Shown: positions 42,324 to 53,440, counted from the stretch's first letter. The stretch: 64,000 nucleotides of DNA from an uncultured Gemmatimonadales bacterium (GCA_963783385.1 CAWANJ010000006.1:192001-256000), one strand, 5' to 3'. The notes: generated from the letters alone by a model not told the origin. Translations and numbers: made by a program.

Positions 42324-42548
42324 CGTCTCGTTCGACTCCGCCACGAGGGTCGGGGAGCCGGGCCCGTGACCGGACCCGGAGCGAGAAACTGAAGATCCTC
42401 TCCATCTGCGGGGGCTGCAAGGCCGGAGGGGGTGCCGGGCCGCCGACGCGGGGGGTCTTGCGCGCCCCGCCGTCGCGGGCGGACCTTGGCGCTTCGCCGC
42501 CGGGGATCCGCCCCGGACGGAAGCCCGGTCTGGAAGGGAGCCCACGCC

Positions 42549-44414
42549 ATGCCCCGTACACCTCCCGCGCAGAACCCGACGTGCCGCCGACGCTCCGCCA
42601 GCGATCCCGCTCGGCCGAGCCCTCGGCCGGGCGCCCACGGCCGCAGGGCTCGCGGCCCTCCTCGCCATCTCGGGCATGGTCGGTTGCGCGGCCCCCGGGG
42701 ACGCCCCGCCCGGCGGGGGCCTGAAGTTCGCCGTGTCCATCCCGCAGGCCCGGACCGACTCCGCCCGGGACGGTCGTGTCCTGGTGCTCCTGGCGACCGA
42801 CTCCACATCGGAGCCGCGCTTCCAGGTGGAGCCCGAGCCCGACCGCAGCGCCGAGGTGGCGGGAGTCCAGGCGCACGGCTTCGGGCCCGGGCGGGGAGGT
42901 CGTGGTGGGAGACACGGCGTTCGGTTATCCGGTGGCGAGTCTGCGCGACGTGCCGGCCGGCGACTACACGGTACAGTCCGTGTTCGTCCCCTACCGCACC
43001 TACCATCGCGCCGACGGCCACACCGTGTCGCTCCCGCCCGACCGGGGCGAGGGCCAGCGCTGGGACCGCAAGCCGGGCGACCTGTACAGCGCGCCGCGCC
43101 GGCTGCACCTGGATCCGTCCGCCGACCGCACCGTGCGGCTGTCGCTGGACAGCGTGATCCCCGAGATATCGCCACCCGAGGACACGCCCTGGGTCAAGCA
43201 CGTTCGCATCCAGAGCGCGCTCCTCACGAATTTCTGGGGCGCGCCGACCTACATCCAGGCCACCGTATTGCTCCCGGCCGGCTTCGCCCAGCATCCGAAC
43301 GCTCACTATCCGGTGCTCGTGGAGCAGGGACACTTCGGCCGCGGCATCCCGGGCTGGCGACCCGAGCCGGAGGACGCGTCCCTGCCGGCGCCCGATTCCA
43401 CGTGGCTGTACGCGCACTGCTGGATGGGGAACGAGGCCGGATGCCGGGAGCACGGGATCGAGCGCATGCGCCAGCGCCTCATGCACGGCTTCTACCAGTG
43501 GTGGACGAGCCCGAACGCGCCGCGGGTGCTGCTGCTCACGATCCAGCACGCCAATCCGTACTACGACGACTCGTACGCCGTGAACTCGGCCAACCTGGGC
43601 CCATACGGTGACGCGATCACGAAGGAGCTGATCCCGGAGGTCGAGAAGCGCTACCGCGGGATCGGCGCCGGGTGGGCGCGCGTCCTCACCGGCGGCTCGA
43701 CCGGCGGCTGGGAGGCGCTCGGGGTGCAGCTGTTCTATCCCGACGACTACAACGGCGCGTGGGGCTTCTGCCCCGACCCGGTGGACTTCCACTTCCACCA
43801 GGCCGTCGACGTCTACGACGACGCCAACGCCTATCTCCGCTCCGGTCCCCTGGGCAGCGTGGCGGTGCCCGGCGCGCGGGGCTACCAGGGCCGCGTGCGC
43901 TACCAGATGGCCGACGAGAACCACATGGAGCTGGCCCTGGGGACCCGGGGGCGCTCGGGCGGGCAGTGGGACATCTGGCAGGCCGTGTTCGGACCCGTGG
44001 GCGCGGACGGCTACCCGAAGCCGATCTGGAACAAGCGCACCGGGGCCATCGACCGCGACGTGGCCGGCGTACTGGCGGGACCACTACGACCTCACCCACA
44101 TCCTCCAGCGCGACTGGAAGACCCTGGGCCCGAAGCTGCGCGGCAAGCTCCACGTGTACGTGGGCACCATGGACTCGTACTACCTGAACGACGCCGTCCA
44201 CCTCATGCAGCAGGCCACCGACAGCCTCAGGAACCCGCGCGCCGACTTCACCTTCGACTATGGCGCGCGCGCCCCCCACTGCTGGACCGGGGACCACGAC
44301 CACCCGAACTGGGCGGGGAGCATCACCGCATTTCAGCGCTTCCTGCCCGCCATGGCGCGGCACATGGAGAGCACCGCCCCGGCCGGGGCGGACACGCGCA
44401 GCTGGAGGTATTGA
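42549..44414 (+). CDS. Alpha/beta hydrolase-fold (esterase-like) exported protein (frameshifted)
   Basis: VLLPAGF..HPNAHYPV, YDDSYAVNSANLGPYGD, GGSTGGW, PDPVDF, VGTMDSYYL, APHCW. Confidence 0.82.
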
Positions 44415-44466
44415 GCGTGCGCGTCGAGATTCCAATCCCGCTCGCATCGTCCGAGGAGGACTGTTG

Positions 44467-45822
44467 ATGCATACCGTAGACAGGGTGGAAGACCTCAACC
44501 CGCACCGGATCGCGCGTCAGCAGTTCGACCGCTCGGCACCCTTTGTCGACGACCTGGCGGACTGGGAAGGGCTCTCCGATTTCCTGTTCGAGCCGGAGCA
44601 CATCCTCGAAGTCGCGCTTCCGGTGCTCATGGACAACCGCTCCGTGAAGATGTTCACCGGATACAGGGTGCTTCACTCCAGCATTCGCGGTCCGGGTAAG
44701 GGGGGGATCCGCTTCTATCCGACCGCCGGCAAGGAAGAGGTGATGGCGCTGGCCACCTGGATGACGTGGAAGTGCGCCCTCCTCGACATTCCGTTCGGAG
44801 GCGCCAAGGGTGGGATCGCCGTCGATGCGAGAGCCCTCTCCAGGCGCGAGAAGGAACATCTCACGCGGCGCTACACCGTCGCTCTCGGCGACACGATCGG
44901 GCCATTCACCGACGTGCCCGCGCCCGATGTCTATACCGATGCACAGACGATGGCCTGGATCTTCGACACCTACCAGATGATGCATCCGGGCCAGGGCAAC
45001 CTCCCCGTCGTGACCGGAAAGCCGCTCGAGCTGGGTGGCTCGGTCGGTCGCGACGCCGCCACGGCCCAGGGCCTGTTCCACGTGACCGAGCGATTCCTGG
45101 AGCTGGGTGGCGTCCCCGACCTTTCGGAGATCAGGGGCGCCAGGGTCTCCATTCAGGGCTTCGGCAACGCCGGAAGGCACGCGGCGAGGCTCTTCCACGA
45201 GGCCGGCGCCACCATCGTCGGCCTGTCCGACTCGCGGGGCGGAATCTACAATCCCGACGGCCTGACGCCCGACAGCGTCGGACGACACAAGGACGAGACC
45301 GGAACCCTGGCGGGCTTTTCCGGGGCCGAAACGCTCGGATTCCAGGATGTCCTCGAGGTGCCGTGCGACATCCTGGTTCCCGCCGCCGTCGAGAACATGA
45401 TCACCACCGAGAACGCCGAGCGGATCAATGCGAAGCTGGTGGCCGAGGCCGCCAACGGTCCCACCACGCCCGGGGCGGACGACATCCTCTGCGGGCAGGG
45501 AATCCACGTCCTGCCGGACATACTCGCCAACGCGGGCGGCGTGGTCGTCAGTTACTTCGAGTGGGCCCAGAACCTCTCCAATCAGCAATGGGACGAGGCA
45601 GAGGTCGCCGAGAAGCTTCGAAAGAAGATGTACAGGGCCACGGATCTCGTCGTCGCCAGGCGGGCCGAACTGCTCGAATCACTTCCCACCTACAGGGAGA
45701 GGTGGGCCGCCGACCACGCCGCCGACCCGACGCTACCCGAACCCGACTACCGGATGACCGCCCTCACCGTGGCGGTGAAGAGATGCCAGGCCGCGGCGTT
45801 GCAGCGAGGAATCTGGCCGTGA
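44467..45822 (+). CDS. gdhA: Glu/Leu/Phe/Val dehydrogenase (glutamate dehydrogenase-like)
   Basis: GPGKGGIR, MTWKCA, GGAKGG, DVPAPD, VTGKP, QGFGNAG, EAANGPT, ANAGGV. Confidence 0.92.
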   Translation: MHTVDRVEDLNPHRIARQQFDRSAPFVDDLADWEGLSDFLFEPEHILEVALPVLMDNRSVKMFTGYRVLHSSIRGPGKGGIRFYPTAGKEEVMALATWMTWKCALLDIPFGGAKGGIAVDARALSRREKEHLTRRYTVALGDTIGPFTDVPAPDVYTDAQTMAWIFDTYQMMHPGQGNLPVVTGKPLELGGSVGRDAATAQGLFHVTERFLELGGVPDLSEIRGARVSIQGFGNAGRHAARLFHEAGATIVGLSDSRGGIYNPDGLTPDSVGRHKDETGTLAGFSGAETLGFQDVLEVPCDILVPAAVENMITTENAERINAKLVAEAANGPTTPGADDILCGQGIHVLPDILANAGGVVVSYFEWAQNLSNQQWDEAEVAEKLRKKMYRATDLVVARRAELLESLPTYRERWAADHAADPTLPEPDYRMTALTVAVKRCQAAALQRGIWP

Positions 45823-45870
45823 CCTGAAGGGTGCGGGAACCAGCCATGCCCTGTAGGGCCTGATAGCGAC

Positions 45871-45894
45871 AGAGCCCCCGTCTCCGGGGGCTCT
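45871..45894. terminator. Hairpin downstream of tRNA-Gly(TCC)
   Basis: AGAGCCCCCG-tctc-CGGGGGCTCT perfect 10-bp stem. Confidence 0.7.
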
Positions 45895-45901
45895 CGTCGT
45901 A

Positions 45902-45974
45902 AGCGGGCGACCGGTTTCGAACCGGCGACCTCGAGCTTGGAAGGCTCGCGCTCTGCCAGCTGAGCTACGCCCGC
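45902..45974 (-). tRNA. tRNA-Gly(TCC)
   Basis: GCGGGCG TAGCTCAGCTGGCAGAGC...CGAGC-CTTCCAA-GCTCG...GGTTCGAAACC...CGCCCGC T. Confidence 0.96.
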
Positions 45975-46015
45975 GCGGGGTGCGGCGGCGGGGCGGGGCC
46001 CCTCCGCTCACCTTC

Positions 46016-46585
46016 TTACCTGCGCCCGGGAATCTGGGTCCGCGGCCGGGGCGCGGCAACGTGCGGTGGGGGAGACTCCATCCGCGCGCGCAGCGACTCG
46101 AGGAAGGACCGGGCCGTGGCGTCGTGGCCGATCACGAACCGGCTCACGAAACGGAACAGCGGATTGTGGACCACCCCGTCCTCGGTGATCGTCACCCGGG
46201 TCGCCTCCCCGACGGGCTCGAGAACGTAGGTCCACCGCCCCCCGTAGGGCAGGTCCTCGTCGGCGATCTCGACCACGAGGCGTCGCGGCGGCTGGCTGGA
46301 GAGCCGGCGGTAAGTCACGGCTTTCCGGCCCCCCGTCTCCCGCCACCGGACGGCCCCGTCCTCCTCGACGGCGAGCACGTCGACCCTGTCCACGTCGTGG
46401 CGCCAGGCCGGATACGCGGCCGGCTCCGCCAGGACGGACCACACCTCGGCCCGTGAGCCATGGACATCGCTCGAGACCGACACGGTGTGGGCTTCGGGAA
46501 GGAAGGAGCCCACGACCCACGGCACCGCAACCAGCCCGACGAGCCCCGCCAGGCCCCACAGCACGACTCGTCTCGCTCGGCTCAT
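46016..46585 (-). CDS. SRPBCC/polyketide cyclase family protein
   Basis: N-terminal TM, AEVWSVL...YPAWRHDV, YGGRWTYVL, TRVTITEDG. Confidence 0.82.
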   Translation of the reverse strand: MSRARRVVLWGLAGLVGLVAVPWVVGSFLPEAHTVSVSSDVHGSRAEVWSVLAEPAAYPAWRHDVDRVDVLAVEEDGAVRWRETGGRKAVTYRRLSSQPPRRLVVEIADEDLPYGGRWTYVLEPVGEATRVTITEDGVVHNPLFRFVSRFVIGHDATARSFLESLRARMESPPPHVAAPRPRTQIPGRR

Positions 46586-47067
46586 CACGCACCTCCGGCT
46601 GGGGGTGTCGGCGGCGGCGTGGGGTCCAGGCGGCGGGCGGCCGCGGCCAGGAGCTCCAGCCCATCCAGCCCGCGCGCCCGTTCCTCGCGGGAGAGCTCCT
46701 CCAGGAGCGCCCCGACCCTGTCCGGGTCCAGGACCTGATCGGCCTCCCGCACCCGCTCCCCCGCCTCGGTCAGGCGCAGGTGAACGACCCGGCCATCGTC
46801 CGCGTCCCGGCTGCGGAACAGGTAGCCATCCCGCTCGAGCCGGCTCGCGTTGAGCGACATGGTGGAGATCGACACGCCCATGTGGTCCGCGAGCTCGCCC
46901 ACGCTGGTCGGGTCGACGGGATCCAGGTGCTGGAGGATGTCGACCTGGTTCCGGCTCAGCTCCCGGTCGGAGACGGGATCGCGCAGGTGACGTCGATGAC
47001 ACGCCAGGAAGATCGCGGGATAGGTCCGGAGAAGGGCCTCCACCTCCTCGCCCGTCACCGTCGACAT
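46585..47067 (-). CDS. MarR family transcriptional regulator
   Basis: VGELADHMGVSISTMSL...RLERDGYL...DGRVVHLRLTEAG. Confidence 0.92.
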   Translation of the reverse strand: MSTVTGEEVEALLRTYPAIFLACHRRHLRDPVSDRELSRNQVDILQHLDPVDPTSVGELADHMGVSISTMSLNASRLERDGYLFRSRDADDGRVVHLRLTEAGERVREADQVLDPDRVGALLEELSREERARGLDGLELLAAAARRLDPTPPPTPPAGGA

Positions 47068-47168
47068 CGCCCCCCACCCTCATCGTCCGATCGGTCGCGC
47101 CCACCGCGGGGCGAGTTGCTTTGACGGCTAAAACTAAAATGAGCGGTCGATCCCGGCAAGGCCGCGCC

Positions 47169-48788
47169 TCAGCCCTTAGCGTGCAGCGCCTCGAGGAACA
47201 CGTCGCCGTAGCGCTCCAGCTTGGCGGGGCCCACCCCGGACACGTCGAGCATCTCCTCGGGCGTGGAGGGAGAGCGCTCGATCATGCTCCACAAGACCTT
47301 GTCGCTGAACACAATGTAGGCGGGGACGCCGCGCTCGTCCGCCAGCCGCTTGCGGAGGTCCCGCAGACGCTCGAAGATCGCCGACTCTTCGGGCCCGGCC
47401 GTGGCCTGCGAGAGCTCCTCCTCGCCGCCGCCCGACCACGAGGCGCCCGGCGCGGCGCCGGGACCTCGGGCGCCGGCTCCCGCGGATCTCCGGCCGGCTC
47501 GCCCCGCCGCGCGCCGCTCCGCCCGCACCTCCTCGACCAGGTCGGTGACGCCGACCCCGGTGCACACGTCGCACGCGTCACCACACGGCTCGATCGCCTC
47601 GCCGAAGTGCGCCAGCACGGCCCGGTGGCGGCAGCCGCCGCGGTCGGCGAGCCGGAAGAGCTCCACGGTCGCCTCGCGCTTGCGGCGCCGGAGCTCCGGG
47701 TCCTCGATCTCGTCCAGGAAGCGCTCCCTCACCTTGACGTCGGCCCACGAGTAGAACAGGAAGCACTCGGACGGGAGCCCGTCGCGCCCCGCCCGACCCA
47801 TCTCCTGGTACCAGGACTCGACGTCCGAGGGCATCTCCTGGTGGATCACGAAGCGGACGTTCGACTTGTCGATCCCCATCCCGAACGCGATGGTGGCGAC
47901 GACCACGTCCACCTCGTCGCGGGCGAACGCCTCCTGCGCCGCGGCGCGCTCCGCGTCCGGGAGGCCGGCGTGGTAGGCGGCGGCCGCGATTCCCTTCTTC
48001 CGGAGGAAGGCGGTCATGCGCTCCACCGACTTCCGGGACAGGCAGTAGATGATCCCGCTCTCGCCCTCGTGGCGCCGCACCAGGGCCAGGATCTCGCGCC
48101 GCGTGTTCCCCTCGCCTCGCTTCCGGCAGGCGATCCTGAGGTTTCGCCGGAAGAAGGAGCCCTTGTAGCCCTCGGGGTCGCGCATGCCGAGCTGGTTGAG
48201 GATGTCGACCGCCACGCGCCGGGTCGCCGTGGCCGTGAGCGCCAGGACCGGCACCCCGCCCAGCTCTTCCTTGAGGCCCCGAAGCCGCCGGTACGAGGTC
48301 CTGAAGTCGTGCCCCCACTGCGAGATGCAGTGAGCCTCGTCCACGACGAGGAGGGAGAGCGGGCTGTCGGCGAGCAGGGCCCGCATGCGGGGGCCGAGGG
48401 CCTCGGGGGCCAGGTAGATGAGCTCGTAGTGGCCGCGCCGCAGCGCTCGCAGCCGCTCCCTGCGCTCCTCGGGTGGAAGGGTCGAGTTGATGGCCGCCGC
48501 CCGGAAGCCGAGCGCCTCGAGCGCGTCGACCTGGTCCTTCATGAGGCTGATGAGGGGCGAGAGGACGACGACCGTGCCGGGCAGCACCCGGGCGGGAAGC
48601 TGGAAGGTGAGGGACTTGCCGGCCCCGGTCGGCATCACGGCGATGCAGTCCCGGCCCGCCAGCACCGCGTCGATCACGTGGCGCTGGCCCGGCCGGAAGG
48701 ACTCGTAGCCGAAGACCTCGCGGAGAACGGCTATGGGGTCTGCCGTAGTCGGCGCGCCCGTGCGCATGTCGGCGTTCGGCTGGCTCAC
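47169..48788 (-). CDS. recQ: RecQ family ATP-dependent DNA helicase with HRDC domain
   Basis: [38 protein letters not shown], Zn site CRH...[21 protein letters not shown]. Confidence 0.95.
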   Translation of the reverse strand: MSQPNADMRTGAPTTADPIAVLREVFGYESFRPGQRHVIDAVLAGRDCIAVMPTGAGKSLTFQLPARVLPGTVVVLSPLISLMKDQVDALEALGFRAAAINSTLPPEERRERLRALRRGHYELIYLAPEALGPRMRALLADSPLSLLVVDEAHCISQWGHDFRTSYRRLRGLKEELGGVPVLALTATATRRVAVDILNQLGMRDPEGYKGSFFRRNLRIACRKRGEGNTRREILALVRRHEGESGIIYCLSRKSVERMTAFLRKKGIAAAAYHAGLPDAERAAAQEAFARDEVDVVVATIAFGMGIDKSNVRFVIHQEMPSDVESWYQEMGRAGRDGLPSECFLFYSWADVKVRERFLDEIEDPELRRRKREATVELFRLADRGGCRHRAVLAHFGEAIEPCGDACDVCTGVGVTDLVEEVRAERRAAGRAGRRSAGAGARGPGAAPGASWSGGGEEELSQATAGPEESAIFERLRDLRKRLADERGVPAYIVFSDKVLWSMIERSPSTPEEMLDVSGVGPAKLERYGDVFLEALHAKG

Positions 48789-48911
48789 GTCTCCGGTCCG
48801 GTGGCGGTCTCGCTCGGATGATGGCCGGGCCCCGCGGCCCTGATCCTCAACATAGCGGCGAGCGACCCCTCGAGCCGAACGTCGAGGCCCCGCGGTGATC
48901 CGGGCGGCTTC

Positions 48912-48941
48912 AAAGAAAGAGCCTCCATCATCGGGGGCTCT
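48912..48941 (-). terminator. Intrinsic terminator behind the distal tRNA-Gly 3' fragment
   Basis: Minus strand AGAGCCCCC-gatgat-GGAGGCTCT-TTCTTT. Confidence 0.7.
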
Positions 48942-48943
48942 CC

Positions 48944-48972
48944 GGAAGCGGGCGACCGGTCCCGAAGCGGCG
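48944..48972 (-). repeat. Degenerate copy of the tRNA-Gly 3' end (att-like site)
   Basis: GGAAGCGGGCGACCGGTCCCGAAGCGGCG matches 53553-53581 at 27/29 positions. Confidence 0.8.
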
Positions 48973-49443
48973 GTCCAGTCACCTCACCCGCCGGCCAGTC
49001 GGGCCCTCATCCGGTCGAACTGACCCACGCTTCGAGCCGCGAGCGGGTCGCTCCGACCGCGCGGGCCACCAGAGAGTGCCGGCCATAGGGGGAGACATCA
49101 TACGTCCACGACACCAGCCGACCTCGAAAGAAGTCGCCCTGCAGAACGCGCGACGACTGTCGGGCGCCGAGCGCCCAGTTCACGAGCCCGAGCCGCGCCG
49201 GAGGACGGATCCACGGCGCGTTCCCTCCGGCGCCGGAACATGCATCGGGCGGGTGTCGTTGCGACTGCTGATGCACCGAAATCGCTTGCAGTCGGATCCG
49301 AGATCGTCCTCGATCCGTTCTGCGCCGTGGACATGCATGCCGCTACCCTGGCGGACGGCCGCCTGGCCCGATGACCCGTCGTGAGTTGGCAGCGTGCCAG
49401 ATGGTGTCGCACACACTCTGGCTATCCTTTCCGCTGCAAAGGA

Positions 49444-51301
49444 ATGAACATGAGGGTCACGCATCGCCCGCGTCCGTCGGTGGCCACGTCGGCAGGCGCG
49501 ACCCGCCGTCGCTCGTCGCCGGAGCTTCGACGTGCTGCCGCGATCCGTCTACGTCCCGGCCCGGCCGTGCGCGCGACCGTGGCGTCGGCGGCTCTCCTCA
49601 TCGGGACGGCGGTACCTGCCGCTGCCCAGCACGCGGCGCCCGCAGTCACCCCCGACCAGAGCCTGTACTCACTCCAGCCGGTGTCCCCTTCCCAGGCGGC
49701 AGACTGGCGCGCGGACCTCCGCGCGCTCGTCGGGGACCTCACGCGGGTGCACCCCGATCCATTTCACGCGACCTCGAAGGCCCGCTTCAATGCGGCCGTC
49801 GCCGCGCTCGCCGACTCGATCCCCGGTCTTCCAGCTCACCGGATCGTCATGGGCTTCGCTCGGCTCCTGGCCCTGGTCGGCAATGGGCACACGAGCCTGC
49901 CTCTCTACTTCGCTCGGGGCGTCGATTTCCACGCCCTTCCGTACCGGCTTGGCGTCCATGATGATGGCATCTACGTGGAGGCGGCCGACCACGCCTACGC
50001 CTCCCTGGTCGGCGGCCGGCTCGTCGCCATCGGCGGCGTCCCGGCGCAGGAGGCCCTCCGCCGTGTGACGCCGCTCATCTCCAGGGACAACGACAACTGG
50101 ATCTCCGTGGTGGCTCCGAATCTCCTGAACCGGATCGAGGTCCTCCAGGGTCTAGGCATGGCAAAGGACCTGCGGGGAGCCGACCTCACCGTTCGGATCG
50201 ACAGCGCGCTCCACACCGTCCACGTTCGCGCACTGACGGCGCCGCAATCCCATGACTTCGGCCTGCCGTTCCGGCCCCGCCTCACGGACAACTGGGTGGA
50301 TGCCCGCGACTCCTCCGGAGCCCCCGTCCCACTCTACCAGCGCCGCTACAAGGACCTGTACTGGTGGACCTACCTCCCCGACCAGGACCTGCTCTATGTG
50401 CAGTTCGACGTCGTCCAGAACCGGCGCGATGGACCGACCGCCCTGCAGACCTTTCGACAGGCGATGGCCTTCGCGCGCGATCGGCGACCGGCGCGCACTG
50501 TGATCGACATTCGCAACAATACCGGGGGAGAAGGCGGGCTCCTCCCACCGATCATCCGGGAGATCGTACGGACGCGCGAAGTCGATCAACCCGGGAAGTT
50601 GTTCCTGGTCATCGGCCCCCGGACATTCTCGGCCGGACAGATGATGGTGGGCTGGATGCGAGATGTTCACCACTGCCGTACTGGTCGGCCGGCCGACCTC
50701 GAGCCGCTTCGAAGGCTACGCCGGCCACGCCTTCCTACGCCTTCCGCGCAGTGGAATCGCGTATTTCGTGTCACCTGCGTACTACGAAATGGGCCGGGCC
50801 CCGGGCGACCCCCGTCCGCAGGCCACTCCACGACTCGCGGCGGTCTCGACGTTCGCGGACTACGTGACCAACCGCGATCCCGCCATGGACGCCATTCGAG
50901 CCTACGATCCGGGGGCATTATCGCGCCAGGTGCTCGCCGCGCTCCACGCGAGTGACACGACGCGTGCGGCCGCCCGCGTCCGCGCCTACGACGCGGATCC
51001 GGTGAACCGGTACCACGACGGTACCGCAGCGCTCAACGAGCTTGGATATCGTCTCCTCGGGGAGGACGGCGAAGAGGAAGACGCGCTCGCCGTCTTCGAG
51101 CTCAATACCCGTGTCCACCCGGGCTATGCTAACGGTTGGGACAGCCTGGGGGAGGCGTACGTCCGCGAAGGCCGGCGCCGGGACGCCATCGAGGCCTTTC
51201 GCCGAGCCCTGGCCCTCAACCCGAACCTGGCCTCCTCGAAGGCCTGGCTCCATCGCCTCGGCGCCGCGTCGTCGGGCGGCGAGACACCGCCAAGAGGCTG
51301 A
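49444..51301 (+). CDS. Exported S41-peptidase-like protein with C-terminal TPR (frameshift near 50663)
   Basis: HPDPF, NGHT, VIDIRNNTGG, TFSAGQ, LVGRPT; TPR LNELGYRLL...ANGWDSLGEAY...AFRRALALNP. Confidence 0.75.
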
Positions 51302-51479
51302 GCCGGGGCGCCGACACGCTGACGGTCACCTGGACCTGGACGCACGAGGGAAGGAGCGAGACCGACGGGGTTCGCTTGCGGGACGGGACCGACCACCTCG
51401 ATCGAAGTCTCCGCCGCACCGCCCAGCCGATTCCGGCGACCAAGGCCCACTTCGAGCCTCGCGCGGCAGAGGACCCCTG

Positions 51480-51524
51480 GGAAGCGGGCGACCGGTCTCG
51501 AACCGGCGACCTTCAGCTTGGGAA
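51480..51524 (-). repeat. Perfect 45-bp copy of the tRNA-Gly(CCC) 3' half (att site)
   Basis: Identical to 53553-53597; begins exactly at the anticodon loop TTCCCAA. Confidence 0.93.
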
Positions 51525-51629
51525 ACCGATTCACCCTCCACCCGAATGGGCGGATTCAGCACACGCTGCAAGGACTCTCAGACGAATCTAGCATACCCGC
51601 GCGTGGCTCGTATGCGGATCTCATAGGGT

Positions 51630-51653
51630 CAAATGCGCACACAAATGCGCACA
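51630..51653. repeat. Tandem 12-bp direct repeat
   Basis: CAAATGCGCACA x2, about 105 bp inside the att copy. Confidence 0.85.
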
Positions 51654-51848
51654 ACTCCCGGCGGCGCCGTCGAGCGGCACGACGCTCCGACCGCAAGCGC
51701 ACGAGCGGCCACGAGCCGTCGATCCGGCCAATCCCTGCGGGGTCCCGGACGATCGACTCGGACAGTTTCCCACAGGCCAGCGCGGACCCCTCCCGACAGA
51801 CGGGAGGACGCCGGGGCGCTATTCTTCGATACGAACTTGGGGGTTCCC

Positions 51849-52343
51849 ATGCAGCGATTCTGTGGCCTCCGTGGCCTGCTCCCCGTCCTCGCCGCGGCGA
51901 TCGCCTCGGCCTGCACCGGCGCTGGCGCCCCCCCCACGGCATGCGCCGGCCTCTCGGCGCGAACCATGGCGGTGACCCGGGAGGAGTACGCCCCCTGCGC
52001 CGGCGAAATGCTGGCGGCCCTGGATACTCTGGAGCGGGCGCTGCAGCGGGGGATCGTGGGGGGTCAGGAGGAGGCCTTCGGCGACGCGCGGCGGGTCCAC
52101 CGCCGGCTCCGGGCCCTGATCCGGGAGGTGGACTTCCGGGGAGACTACCTGAGAGAGATGCGGGAAGGGGCGAGCCGGACGGTCCAGCGGTGGCCCGAGG
52201 ACGCCATGCGGATGTTCAACGGGGAGCTGGGAAACGCCCTGGCCCAGTACAGCTCGGCGCTGGGGTACCCGAACGTCGAAAACCTGGAGGAGGGCCGCCG
52301 GCACCACCGGTTGGCGGCCCAGGCCTATGACCGCTTCCGGTAG
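51849..52343 (+). CDS. Putative lipoprotein, helical
   Basis: Lipobox IASAC; two further Cys (TAC, APC); stop overlaps the next gene. Confidence 0.65.
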   Translation: MQRFCGLRGLLPVLAAAIASACTGAGAPPTACAGLSARTMAVTREEYAPCAGEMLAALDTLERALQRGIVGGQEEAFGDARRVHRRLRALIREVDFRGDYLREMREGASRTVQRWPEDAMRMFNGELGNALAQYSSALGYPNVENLEEGRRHHRLAAQAYDRFR

Positions 52344-52914
52344 CCCGGCGTCCGGCGGCGAGGGCGGTGCCCCGGGCACCGGGCGTCCCGCAGTCTCCGG
52401 GCCCGTCCGCCCCCTTCTCCTGGCCCTCCCGCTGCTGCTCCCGACCCTCGCGGCCGCTGCGGGATGCGGAGGAGAACCGCCGCCCCGGGCCTTCGCCCAG
52501 CGGGAGCCAGTCCCACTGGGCCCCCTCACTCTCCGCGTCACGGGCTCGCAGGAGGTGAGGGGCTCGCCAGCCGTTCCCCTGAACACGCTCTACGCCGAGT
52601 CCGGCCGGAAGATCTTGGTGGTCTTCGTCACCTGGAGTGGGATGGAGGGACTCGCGCCTCCGGATCGGGTCCGCTTCGTGGAGAGCTTCCTCACCGGCCG
52701 GTCCAGCGTGGTGGACAACGAGGGCTACGAGTACCCGGCGATCGACGCCATGCCCCTTCCCCTCTACACCGGAAGCGGTCCCATCGGAACCCTCGTCCAG
52801 GACTGGGTGCTGGTCTTCCACCCATGGGTCGACAGCCAGGGAATGGAGGTCCGCTTCGTCCGGCCCGACCCTGATCCCGGAGGGTTTCGTGTGGCGTCCG
52901 TTCAACTCCCGTAG
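52327..52914 (+). CDS. Putative lipoprotein, beta-sandwich-like
   Basis: Lipobox AAGC; PVPLGPLTLRVT...VVDNEGYEY...WVLVF pattern reminiscent of DUF4352. Confidence 0.6.
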   Translation: MTASGSPASGGEGGAPGTGRPAVSGPVRPLLLALPLLLPTLAAAAGCGGEPPPRAFAQREPVPLGPLTLRVTGSQEVRGSPAVPLNTLYAESGRKILVVFVTWSGMEGLAPPDRVRFVESFLTGRSSVVDNEGYEYPAIDAMPLPLYTGSGPIGTLVQDWVLVFHPWVDSQGMEVRFVRPDPDPGGFRVASVQLP

Positions 52915-53440
52915 CATCGACGTGGTCGCGGCGCTTCTGATCGCCACCTCCCTGGTCTCCTGCAGCAAAGGGACCAGCTACCGGCTCGGTGATCCAATCG
53001 GCATGGGACCGTGGACCTTCGAGGTGGAAAGCGTGCGGGAACAGATCGAGAGCCATACGAGCTTCCGGGTGAAGATCGTGGAGCTCACATTCCAGCTGCA
53101 GAACTACCGAGAGCGGCACGAGAAGACGTTCGACGACTTTCTCAACGGCAGCGGGGAGCGGCGAGGGATGCTCGCGAGCATGTTCGTCGATCCCCACTTC
53201 TGGCTGGTCGACGAGGAGGGCAGCCGATTCCTGGCTCTCCTTTCCCCCGTCTCAGGGGGATCGCTGCGGTCAGAGCGGTGGAGAGTTCGGTTCGAACTCG
53301 TGAATGGTAAGCCATCGGAGGACGCCGCGCTCCAGGCGGCCAGATACCTGAACCGTGACCTCGCCGACTTTCGGCTGGTCATCGAGAACCCCAACCATCG
53401 GAAGGGGCAACCGCGGAAAATCGTCGTGGCCCTTCGGTGA
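52889..53440 (+). CDS. Putative lipoprotein, beta-sandwich-like
   Basis: RBS GGAGGG, GTG start, lipobox LVSC; PIGMGPWTFEV...LVDEEGSRF...WRVRF resembles the upstream protein. Confidence 0.6.
   Translation: MWRPFNSRSIDVVAALLIATSLVSCSKGTSYRLGDPIGMGPWTFEVESVREQIESHTSFRVKIVELTFQLQNYRERHEKTFDDFLNGSGERRGMLASMFVDPHFWLVDEEGSRFLALLSPVSGGSLRSERWRVRFELVNGKPSEDAALQAARYLNRDLADFRLVIENPNHRKGQPRKIVVALR

Noticed and set aside
47110-47145. AT-rich patch upstream of marR as an operator
   Set aside because: The palindrome is weak; it may be promoter sequence but cannot be supported.
48785-48982. ORF with [14 protein letters not shown], resembling a serine recombinase tail
   Set aside because: It overlaps the terminator, the att fragment and the probable recQ promoter; similarity is too short to support.
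51480-51560. Additional full tRNA-Gly
   Set aside because: Only the 3' half is present; the D-arm and 5' acceptor strand are missing, so it is an att duplication.
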